Part shown: positions 15,588 through 24,225 of the stretch, piece after piece
Layout: each line of letters begins with the position of its first letter
Numbering within the stretch: the stretch's first letter is position 1
Made by a program: the position numbers and the translations under genes
Assembly: GCA_016840095.1 (NCBI GenBank)
Contig: JAEOSZ010000067.1
Coordinates: forward strand, 1 to 25,520
DNA: 25,520 bases
Direction of reading: 5' to 3'
Origin: Candidatus Heimdallarchaeota archaeon
GTDB lineage: Archaea > Asgardarchaeota > Heimdallarchaeia > Heimdallarchaeales > Heimdallarchaeaceae
The notes under the pieces: model-generated
The model's database searches: none
What the model was told of the DNA's origin: nothing
What the model saw: only the letters and a program-made list of their open reading frames with translations

Positions 15588-17399
15588 GTGGAATTAGATT
15601 TACCAGAAAGAATTGGAATACTCGCTGAGGGAGATATATCAACACTAAGAGTGGTTTGTTCAGATATTAGATTTCAGATAGGAGAGATATTGATTATCAA
15701 ACCTTCTGACAGTTATCAAGTATTTCTATTCAGAGTTATGAATTATGAAAATATCCTTCGAAACATACCTGATTTATCAGGAGTTGCTGGAAACTTCCTT
15801 AACAATAGGGAAGCATACATTGCAAGAGTAGAGTCTGATAAAATGGTCAAAGTTGAAGGACTACTTATGGGATACAGTGAATACAATGTTGATCAAAAGA
15901 AATGGATATTCAAAAAACCAAGGGTATTACCTCCGCATTTCTCAGAAGTTTATCGAGGAGCTGAGTGTTCAGAAGCTTTAGCTATGTTATTAGAAGATGA
16001 AGTTGGGTCAGATATTGAAATTGGTCGCTTGTTAATCGGAACTTCTTCTATGGATATACCCATCAAGATAGATTTAGATTCTCTTCCTATGCATGTTCAA
16101 GTTGCTGGAACTACTGGAGCAGGTAAATCTTTTTTCATGTTAACCTTTATTACTTCCGCTCTAAAAAGCAATTTAACTAGATGGGCTAAAAATGATGATT
16201 TAAGGAACAAGGTTTCTGTTTTCATGGTGGACGTTCATGATGAATACATGCGAGGACTCCCATTCCAGAATAAACAATACGGGGTTATGGATATAGCAAA
16301 TGCTTCTCTTAAAGGCGGTAGTGATCAATTTGATTCCATTTTTGCAGATAAGTTCTACCTAACTAGAGAACTTGAAGCAATTCCAACAGAGATGCAAAAA
16401 ATAGCTAAACCAATACGTTTCAGACGAGAGGATCTTTTTGTTAGTGATATTACTTCAGTAATGTCTGTTTCTGATCAAATGGTAGGCTTTATGAACAGGG
16501 CTCGAGGGATTGACGAGGATTGGATCACAAAAATAGAAACAATGGATGAAGCTGAAGATTTAGGTTTTGCGAAAGGTACCAAGAATGCCGTTCAAAGAAG
16601 GTTATTCCCTATCATCAAATCTCCAATTTTCACTGAAGATGAATTTAGTGATTTAGCAGAATTAATCTGTAACTTAGAACAAGGACATTTCTATAACTTC
16701 AGTACAGCACTGCTTTCTTCCAGTGAACAATTTGTTGTAATAACAATGTTAGCTCGAACACTCTTCTCTGTCAGACAAGCATTAATGTCCTCCACTACAT
16801 GGAGTCAGTTCAAAGAGCAAGTATATTCGAAGTTACCTAGAAAGATAGCTAGTGAACTCTTAGGTGATTCACCTAACTCAAAATACTCCATAAAGGATCT
16901 GTATGTAGAAGGTAAGAAAGGTAATGATTTTGTTATGAAAAATGTCAAAGATTTACCTATAGTTATGATTACTGTTGAAGAAGCTCCAAGTATTTTGGGA
17001 TCACAGATGTCAAAAGAAGGAAATATCTTTATCGACATCTCAAGACAAGGAAGAAAATTCAGAATAGGGCTGTTATTAATTACACAAAACATTTCCTCAA
17101 TGGAACCAATAATTCTTGCAAATACCAATACCGAGCTTAACATGATGTTAGGTAATGAAATTGAGATAAAACAAGCAATTGTGAATGCAAGTAATAATAT
17201 TGCTGGATATGAGAATGAATTCAAGGTCTTAAGCCGTGGAGAAGCTATTTTAACAAATTCTCTAAAGAACATTCCAATTCCTGTTAAGGTTTCAAATGTG
17301 CCACTTTATATAGAGAAAGAACTTCCATTCTTTACGAACCCCTTTGAAGTTCTCAAAATAAAGAAAACTAGAACAAAGGCAACTGAAGTTCCTCTTTAA
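15588..17399 (+). CDS. herA: HerA/FtsK-family helicase-translocase HerA
   Basis: N-terminal HAS-barrel-like region, HVQVAGTTGAGKS, VDVHDEY, Walker B TVEEAP, RQGRKF arginine finger, LITQ, LSRGEA. GTG start 5 nt after AGGTGA. Confidence 0.92.
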   Translation: MELDLPERIGILAEGDISTLRVVCSDIRFQIGEILIIKPSDSYQVFLFRVMNYENILRNIPDLSGVAGNFLNNREAYIARVESDKMVKVEGLLMGYSEYNVDQKKWIFKKPRVLPPHFSEVYRGAECSEALAMLLEDEVGSDIEIGRLLIGTSSMDIPIKIDLDSLPMHVQVAGTTGAGKSFFMLTFITSALKSNLTRWAKNDDLRNKVSVFMVDVHDEYMRGLPFQNKQYGVMDIANASLKGGSDQFDSIFADKFYLTRELEAIPTEMQKIAKPIRFRREDLFVSDITSVMSVSDQMVGFMNRARGIDEDWITKIETMDEAEDLGFAKGTKNAVQRRLFPIIKSPIFTEDEFSDLAELICNLEQGHFYNFSTALLSSSEQFVVITMLARTLFSVRQALMSSTTWSQFKEQVYSKLPRKIASELLGDSPNSKYSIKDLYVEGKKGNDFVMKNVKDLPIVMITVEEAPSILGSQMSKEGNIFIDISRQGRKFRIGLLLITQNISSMEPIILANTNTELNMMLGNEIEIKQAIVNASNNIAGYENEFKVLSRGEAILTNSLKNIPIPVKVSNVPLYIEKELPFFTNPFEVLKIKKTRTKATEVPL

Positions 17400-17410
17400 A
17401 AGGTGAAGAA

Positions 17411-18691
17411 ATGGTAAAACTCTTACACTTCTCAGATACACATGTATCACATCGCAAATTTAGAAATATCAAAGATTCATGGAAAGTTCATAATAGAGTA
17501 ACTTACATTGAAGATGACTTTTGCTTAGGTTTTAAACAAGCTTTAGATATAGCAAAAAAAGAAGAATATGATTACTTAGTTCATTCTGGTGATTTCTTTG
17601 ATATCCCAGTTGGAAGGAATTTCGCGGGTCCTACAGAATATTCAAGGACATTTGTTCTAAAAGCTTTGAAAGAATTTTTTGAGGAAACAAAATATCAAAT
17701 TCCTTTAATCATAATAGATGGGAATCATGGTACATTTTTGACTAGAAATTACTCAACAATTGAATTCCTTCAAGCAGCATTTCCAAATACTATTCATATC
17801 TTTACCAACTATCATTTAAAAAATGCAATTAGACAAAATAAACCTCTAACTCTTGAATTTGATGATGTTAAATTCTATATGTTTCCTTATCTAAAATTTG
17901 GAAGATTAGAGAATTGGGCTAAAGAATATGAAAAATGGGTTCAGAATAATCAACAACCTGATCCAAATAAGATTTCAGTTGCTATAGCTCATGGAATGGA
18001 AAGAGGAATGGATCTTCATGAGCTCGTTCTAAATTACAAATACGATTATGTAGCACTTGGTCATGATCACAAACAAAGACAAATAAAGAAAAATGCTTGG
18101 CAAGCTGGAAGTACAGCCAGATACACTTTTGCTGAAAGAACTCAAAAGAAAGCTGTTTTAGATGTAGAAATTGAAAAAGGTAAGGAACCAGTTGTTAAGT
18201 CGATTAAGCTCGATTCAGTCCGTCCAATGAAGCAAATTGATATTACATTAAATACAGAAATAACAACATCTACTTTTGAAAAAGACATTAGAGATAAAAT
18301 AATAGCTTTCAAGAAAGCTTTTGATGGAGATACAGCTGTTAGGTTGAAAATCAAATTTGATGGAGCTGTACTTTTATCTAGTTGGTGGGGAATGGAAGAC
18401 ATTCTCAATGAAATACAGAATGAAGTTTTATCAGATAAATACAATCTACTTGAATTCCGATGGGATGCAGGGGAAGTTATCAAGAGAGCTCCAGTTAGTC
18501 TTCAAAAAGGAGCAAAACTCTATGATTATCTTATAGAAGATCCTGTTGTAGATTTTGAAAAATATATTCGGTCACTAAGCTTAGAAAATGAAAAGCAAGC
18601 TTCCAAGTTCATAGAAATTGGAGCGAAGATTATAGAAGAAGCTTTCACATCACCTGTAGAAAGAACTTCAACAGAGGAGGGTGAATTATGA
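17411..18691 (+). CDS. mre11: Mre11/SbcD-family nuclease
   Basis: Phosphoesterase motifs HFSDTH, HSGDFFD, DGNH, AHG, YVALGHDH and AGS..R.TFAE, followed by a capping domain and C-terminal helices. AGGTGA SD. Confidence 0.92.
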   Translation: MVKLLHFSDTHVSHRKFRNIKDSWKVHNRVTYIEDDFCLGFKQALDIAKKEEYDYLVHSGDFFDIPVGRNFAGPTEYSRTFVLKALKEFFEETKYQIPLIIIDGNHGTFLTRNYSTIEFLQAAFPNTIHIFTNYHLKNAIRQNKPLTLEFDDVKFYMFPYLKFGRLENWAKEYEKWVQNNQQPDPNKISVAIAHGMERGMDLHELVLNYKYDYVALGHDHKQRQIKKNAWQAGSTARYTFAERTQKKAVLDVEIEKGKEPVVKSIKLDSVRPMKQIDITLNTEITTSTFEKDIRDKIIAFKKAFDGDTAVRLKIKFDGAVLLSSWWGMEDILNEIQNEVLSDKYNLLEFRWDAGEVIKRAPVSLQKGAKLYDYLIEDPVVDFEKYIRSLSLENEKQASKFIEIGAKIIEEAFTSPVERTSTEEGEL

Positions 18692-20835
18692 GAATTCTCT
18701 GGATTAGAGCTGACAATTTCAAATGTTACAATAATATTCGAGTTCCTACACAAGGAATCCTCCCTGAAGGGTTAATATTTGTCGAAGGAGAAAATTCCAC
18801 TGGCAAATCGAGTCTATTTGATGCAATATTTTATGCATTTTTCTATGATCCAACAACAACTAAAGAACTAGGAACAAAAGATGATCTAATTAGAAGAGGA
18901 TATTCAGAAACCGATGTTGAGGTTGCATTTGAGCTCGATAACAAATGTTACATTGTTCGACGAAAACATAGTAAAAAGACATCGGTAGAAGCTTATCTAA
19001 TTGGAATTAATGCTAAAGATGCAATGAAAGGAAATAAATCAGATGAGATAAAAATAAGTGAAGGTGTTTCAGAAGTTGAAGATAAAATTACTGAGTTGCT
19101 AAATATCAATAAAGAGAAAGCTCTTAACACTTTAATTGTTAGGCAAGGATCTGTACAAGCTCTTGCAGAAGCAAAAGGTGCAGACTTAAGAAATATAATC
19201 TATGAACTTTTCCAGTTAGATTACTATAGAGATAAAGCATTAGAAAATATCAAAGAAAAGAAAGGTGACTTTGAAGATAAAAAGAGAAAACATGCTATTC
19301 AACGAACTACTGAAAATATTCTTACAGAAATTTCAGAAAAGAAAGAAAGCATAGATAGTTCCAAAGAGAAAATTACAAGAATTAACGAAACTATTGAGAC
19401 ATTGCAGATTAAAGCTAGTGGATTTCCTGATATTAAGGAAATAAATGAAATCAAAAGCAAAACAGATAGAATGGAAACTCTTGAAAATATCATCAAAACG
19501 AAGGAAGCTAGTATTTCAGAAGCCGGAGAAGCGTTTTCTTTAAAGGTTCCGATTAATATTCAAGACATTAATTCTAAAAAGACGGAAATTGAAAAGGAAA
19601 TCAAAGAAAACAAGAAAAAACAGGAAGTCATTCAAAAAGAAATAGAAAAAGTAGAAGAAGAAAGACTTGTAATAGATGCTGAACTTGAGAATCTTCGAAA
19701 ACGTAGAACAAGTTTGGAAACTATTGCTGATTCAGACGAAGAGCCAAAATGTGATGTTTGCGAACAGGAAATTGAAGAAGCTAAATTCACTGAACTATTA
19801 GAGAGTGTAAAACGTTCAATTCCTGCTCTTCAGAAGGGAAGAATCAAGAAAGATGATCTGATTAAGAAGAACAAATTTGAGATTGATGAATTTGACAAGC
19901 TAATTTTAAACTTAAATCGTGATACCTTGAGATTAGACCAATTATCAAAAAACGTTGAGGAAATTAAGGTTTTTACTACTGATAAGGAAAAACTATCTTC
20001 AGAAATCACAGATTCTCTCAAAGGATTTAAAGTAAAAAGTCTTGAAGAAATGGCAAAAAAATATGATTTAGATAACTTTTCAGAACTTTTTGAAAATGTG
20101 AAAAAACTTGATGATGACATTCAGCGAACTACAATAGAAAGAACTCATTCGAAGGAATCTGTAGAAAAAGATCAGAATACAATTGAGAGACTGAATAAGG
20201 AAATCGAGAAAAACAAGGAAAAGGAAGAAAAAATTGCTGAAATCGATTTAGAAATAGCACTTTTAGGAGCTGTTCAAGACCATGTTGAAAAATTCATTGC
20301 TGAAGAAATTATCTCTAATAGGATGCTAGCAAATATCCAACATGCAACCAGAGGTTACATCTATAGATTTACTAGAGGAAGATATTCTGAACTATATCTA
20401 GAACCAACAAGAACTAAAACTCTAAACATGAGTATAAAAGATGATGAACTTGGTTTTGTTAAAAGTCAAACTCTCCTTTCAGGTGGAGATAAAGCAGCTA
20501 TAGGCTTAGGTTTAAGGATTGGTGTTAGTGAGCTTTTAAAACGAATTAGACCTTTGAAAACCTCTCCTTATCAGCCACCAAAAATGGATATTCTTGTGTT
20601 GGATGAACCTCTTGGGTCACTAGATGATGCACGAAGATCTAAGGTTATTGAAGGTCTTGTTGCTGAAGAAAGATTTTCTCAGATATTTCTTATAACTCAC
20701 ACAAATATACGAAAAAGATACAAAGCTCCTATGATAACAATTCAAACATCTGCTGCAGGTAGTGTAGCATCATTTTACACTGCTCCCTCAGAAATTGAGG
20801 AAGAAGCAGAAGAAACAGAAGAAGCAGAAGAATGA
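18688..20835 (+). CDS. rad50: Rad50/SbcC-family SMC-like ATPase
   Basis: NFKCY, Walker A GENSTGKSS, Q-loop VRQG, coiled coils with central CDVC hook (19750-19761), LSGGD, Walker B/D-loop VLDEPLGSLD, LITH. ATGA overlap with mre11. Confidence 0.93.
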   Translation: MRILWIRADNFKCYNNIRVPTQGILPEGLIFVEGENSTGKSSLFDAIFYAFFYDPTTTKELGTKDDLIRRGYSETDVEVAFELDNKCYIVRRKHSKKTSVEAYLIGINAKDAMKGNKSDEIKISEGVSEVEDKITELLNINKEKALNTLIVRQGSVQALAEAKGADLRNIIYELFQLDYYRDKALENIKEKKGDFEDKKRKHAIQRTTENILTEISEKKESIDSSKEKITRINETIETLQIKASGFPDIKEINEIKSKTDRMETLENIIKTKEASISEAGEAFSLKVPINIQDINSKKTEIEKEIKENKKKQEVIQKEIEKVEEERLVIDAELENLRKRRTSLETIADSDEEPKCDVCEQEIEEAKFTELLESVKRSIPALQKGRIKKDDLIKKNKFEIDEFDKLILNLNRDTLRLDQLSKNVEEIKVFTTDKEKLSSEITDSLKGFKVKSLEEMAKKYDLDNFSELFENVKKLDDDIQRTTIERTHSKESVEKDQNTIERLNKEIEKNKEKEEKIAEIDLEIALLGAVQDHVEKFIAEEIISNRMLANIQHATRGYIYRFTRGRYSELYLEPTRTKTLNMSIKDDELGFVKSQTLLSGGDKAAIGLGLRIGVSELLKRIRPLKTSPYQPPKMDILVLDEPLGSLDDARRSKVIEGLVAEERFSQIFLITHTNIRKRYKAPMITIQTSAAGSVASFYTAPSEIEEEAEETEEAEE

Positions 20836-20895
20836 TGTTTTTCTATCGCAGAAGCTTTCACAAGATTTTTCAATAATATCTAATACTATAGTTTA

Positions 20896-22380
20896 ATGAT
20901 ACCTGGTACTCTGCGTCCTTTACCAAAGAGAGTTAAAGAAGTAAAGACAGCAGCTGATTTACTACTAAGAACTGTTGATTTTGATATTGAAAATACAAAA
21001 GACATCTTCAAAGACAGTTCTCTCTATACTTTCGAGGAAATAAATTCACATTATATTAGGGTGATAGATCAATATACTCAGCTTGTTCCATTAACAAAGG
21101 ATGCTGACAAACTTGTAGATAAGTATGTTAATGATTATCTCTTAAATCAACTAGTTTATGGTTTATTTACCAAATTAGAAATGAGAGAAAATAGATTGAA
21201 GAACGATATTCAGAGACTTGATACTGTTCTGATGTCTAAGAGGAAGAAGTACATTGAAGAGATGATTCCTCGTTTGAAGGATGAAATCACAAGTAAACTC
21301 TCTTTTATGAAGGATTTATCTTTTGATGAAATTTTAGAGAAGGGTCACATATATGGTGAAACAATAGGCGAAATTGTAAATAAGATAAGTGCAATAAGAG
21401 ATGAATATACGAAGCTTTCTTCAGGTTCTTTTGATGTTACAGAATTTTATGCATATTTAGATGAAAGTTTAACAGCTGTTGAAGAAGAAGTTACATCATA
21501 TGATTTGATATTGAGAACCTGTAAGATGCATATTCTTACAGATGAAGCAGAGAGTCTGATTGAAGACGGGAATGTAATTAATAATGAGTTTGAAGTTGAT
21601 TCTTCGAGCGAATTAGTACTTAAAGGAGACGAATATGTTAAGAAAGCATCTGAGAAGCTTGAAGATATGGTTCTACTAAAGATTACTCTCCCTAGAAGAG
21701 GAATCTCAAAAGAATTTTCAGAGAGTTTTAAGACTCTTTCAAACACATTTGAACAACATAAGAATAGTTTAACTGGTATAATTGAAAATCTAAGCGCAAA
21801 AACTACCAGACTTTCATCCCAAATCGAGAGAATTAATGCCATCAAAGAGATAGCTGAATCAGATGGTGAAGAGGTTTATGAAGTAATTGAGATGCTCAAT
21901 ATCAAACGTAAAGGAGCTTTCAAAACAAAGGTTGAAGAAGGTTTTCCAGTTTTTGAGCTAAGTCCACTAGGTAAAATGAAAATGCCTTTGGGAGTAGAGT
22001 TAACAACACCAATGATAGAAGAAATTTTAGCTGTAATTGATGAAGTTGAAGAAACAACTTTCAAAGATGATATAACACTTCGATGGAAGACTATGAGAGT
22101 TGGAGAGATTACAGATAACATAGGTAGAAAACTAGCTCCTGCATATAACAAAACAAAGGATGTTACTGCGAAAGCAGGGAAAAAGATAGGTGAAGTCAGT
22201 AAGAAAGCCTATGTAGGCACTAAAAATCTCGTTACATCTGATAAGGAAGGAAAAGAACCTAAGGAACCAAGAGTCAAGAAAGAAAAGAAACCAAAGAAAG
22301 AGAAAATCAAAGAGGAAAAAATAGAGGAACCTATTCCTGAAGAAGAAATTGAGCTCCCTCCTCCACCAACTGAAGAATAA
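20896..22380 (+). CDS. hypothetical helical/coiled-coil protein with K/E-rich linker and C-terminal ELPPPPTEE
   Basis: 494-aa ORF with no TM segment or catalytic motif recognised and a low-complexity tail. Confidence 0.85.
   Translation: MIPGTLRPLPKRVKEVKTAADLLLRTVDFDIENTKDIFKDSSLYTFEEINSHYIRVIDQYTQLVPLTKDADKLVDKYVNDYLLNQLVYGLFTKLEMRENRLKNDIQRLDTVLMSKRKKYIEEMIPRLKDEITSKLSFMKDLSFDEILEKGHIYGETIGEIVNKISAIRDEYTKLSSGSFDVTEFYAYLDESLTAVEEEVTSYDLILRTCKMHILTDEAESLIEDGNVINNEFEVDSSSELVLKGDEYVKKASEKLEDMVLLKITLPRRGISKEFSESFKTLSNTFEQHKNSLTGIIENLSAKTTRLSSQIERINAIKEIAESDGEEVYEVIEMLNIKRKGAFKTKVEEGFPVFELSPLGKMKMPLGVELTTPMIEEILAVIDEVEETTFKDDITLRWKTMRVGEITDNIGRKLAPAYNKTKDVTAKAGKKIGEVSKKAYVGTKNLVTSDKEGKEPKEPRVKKEKKPKKEKIKEEKIEEPIPEEEIELPPPPTEE
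22120..22233 (+). repeat. intragenic 22-residue (66-nt) degenerate repeat
   Basis: IGRKLAPAYNKTKDV.. at 22120 and IGEVSKKAYVGTKNL.. at 22186 give IG-x5-AY-x2-TK-[DN]-[VL] twice. Both start with ATAGGT. Confidence 0.6.
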
Positions 22381-22395
22381 CTAGGTGTAAATATC

Positions 22396-23193
22396 TTGAA
22401 GAATCTACTTCAACAGATAAGATACTTTATCTTCGATGTAGATGGTACTCTTCTTTTAAGCGATAAAGTCCTTCCATACGCTTCTGAGATAATTGAAATG
22501 CTCCAAGAGAAGAAAATAGATTTTACTATTCTTTCAAACAATTCATCTTATTCTGTTGTACAAAATAAAGAAAGGTTAGAAAATGTTTTAGGAGTCAAAC
22601 TTGAAACTTCTAACATTTATACATCTATTCAAGCAACCATTGATTACCTTGGTAAAAATAGATACGATCAATGCTATCTAATAGGTACTCCTGCAATGAT
22701 TAAGGACTTTGAAAATGCAGGTATACGAAATACAGATACCAATCCTAAAGCTATCGTTTTAGGATTTGATAAAACCTTAACCTACGAGAAAATAGCAAAA
22801 ACAGCTCTTTTTCTACAAGAGAAACCTGTTATTCCCTTTTTTGCTACTCATCCCGATGACACTTGCCCTGTAGAAGATGGAGAAATTCCCGATGTAGGTT
22901 CCTTTCTTATGATGTTCAAGCAAGCAACAGATAGAACAGCTGATATAATTCTTGGAAAACCTAACGAATTGATATTAAAATTGTGTCTAGGTAAAACACA
23001 AGTTGATTTTTCTGAAGTTTTAGTTATTGGTGATAGATTAGAAACTGATATCAAAATGGCAAATTCAGTAGGAATAAAGAGTTCTCTTGTTCTAACAGGA
23101 GAAACAAAAAGAGAAGATCTACTAAAGAGTGGAGTTTCACCAACGTTAGTTTGGACTGATCTGCAACCACTCTATGATTTTTTGAAGGTCTAA
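22396..23193 (+). CDS. HAD-IIA family phosphatase (NagD/PGP-like)
   Basis: FDVDGTL, LSNNS, THPD, GKP, IGDRLETDI, LVLTG. TTG start after AGGTG. Confidence 0.93.
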   Translation: MKNLLQQIRYFIFDVDGTLLLSDKVLPYASEIIEMLQEKKIDFTILSNNSSYSVVQNKERLENVLGVKLETSNIYTSIQATIDYLGKNRYDQCYLIGTPAMIKDFENAGIRNTDTNPKAIVLGFDKTLTYEKIAKTALFLQEKPVIPFFATHPDDTCPVEDGEIPDVGSFLMMFKQATDRTADIILGKPNELILKLCLGKTQVDFSEVLVIGDRLETDIKMANSVGIKSSLVLTGETKREDLLKSGVSPTLVWTDLQPLYDFLKV

Positions 23194-23194
23194 T

Positions 23195-24121
23195 CTAATT
23201 TAAAAGTCTTACAATTTCTTTGAGTGAATCCCATTGCTTTTCAGAATATAACCACCCTAAAACAACTCTTTCTAAATTTGCTTTTTTCTGATGCTCTTTG
23301 AGAGTTTCCATTCTTTCAAGAACTTCATCCAAAGAACCCAATATTCCAAAATCATTTACTATTCTCAATATCTCTCCTTTAGGTACAGTTGAATAAGGAT
23401 CCCATTTTAACTCACGAATCTTAGTTATCATTTGAGCACTATAACCATGTTCTTTCAGAATAGTTGTAGAACAGCTTTTTGCTATGTCTTTTGTAATATT
23501 CCACATTGTTTTGGATATTTCTGCTTTATCAGATTGAATCTGCATCATTCCATATGGGATTATGCTAGTACTTGTATGTTTCTTATTTTTTTTATACAAA
23601 GATAAAGCTCGTTCAATGTCAAACTTAGATATGCTGTTTAATAGCAGAAATTTCGCTTTTTCTTTTGCATAAATTAGCATGTTCTTTCCCAATCCTCCAA
23701 TTGCTAGAGGTGGAAAATCATCTAACTTCTGTTGAGTTTTTCTTATTTCAGCTATTTCTAGAAGATGATTGACTGATTTCCTAAAATTCGTAAAAGGTTT
23801 TGTAGAAACATCGTTTTCTTTGAAAATCTCTGGATTTCCTATCCCTAGTCCTAAACCAAATCTGTTGGGATAGTTATTGTACATATAAACACTAAGGGCA
23901 AAAAGAACTTCTAAGGAATAGTAGAAGGGAGAAGTAATTCCAGTCCATATTTCAATACCGTTAACACCTTTTAGAAGCCTTCCTATATCAAGAAAAGCAT
24001 TATTGATAGGTGGATTATCTCCGACCCAAATGCTTTCAATTCCAATAGATTTAGCATCACGAGCATAATTTTCTTTTTCCTCTCCTGACATACGTATTGG
24101 AATAGAAAGACCAACTTTCAT
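23195..24121 (-). CDS. LLM-class (luciferase-like / Mer-like) flavin- or F420-dependent oxidoreductase, divergent
   Basis: MKVGLSI, GIESIWVGD, TGITSPF, RFGLGLGIG, PLAIGGLG.NML and GILGS..EVLERM fit the LLM TIM-barrel pattern. Confidence 0.78.
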   Translation of the reverse strand: MKVGLSIPIRMSGEEKENYARDAKSIGIESIWVGDNPPINNAFLDIGRLLKGVNGIEIWTGITSPFYYSLEVLFALSVYMYNNYPNRFGLGLGIGNPEIFKENDVSTKPFTNFRKSVNHLLEIAEIRKTQQKLDDFPPLAIGGLGKNMLIYAKEKAKFLLLNSISKFDIERALSLYKKNKKHTSTSIIPYGMMQIQSDKAEISKTMWNITKDIAKSCSTTILKEHGYSAQMITKIRELKWDPYSTVPKGEILRIVNDFGILGSLDEVLERMETLKEHQKKANLERVVLGWLYSEKQWDSLKEIVRLLN

Positions 24122-24225
24122 ATCCAGTAAGATTGTTTACCCATTCTTGTATTTTGTGCTAGATTTATTTGTTCCAGTACAAGTTTTTTATATATCTGCA
24201 TTTTCTTAGTCAGTAGAGTGATTAA

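Noticed and set aside
14248-20835. Assignment to a named defence system (Sir2-HerA/Nezha, Wadjet, Lamassu)
   Set aside because: No Sir2, kleisin/KITE, Toprim or effector genes are present. The four genes match the NurA-HerA-Mre11-Rad50 resection set.
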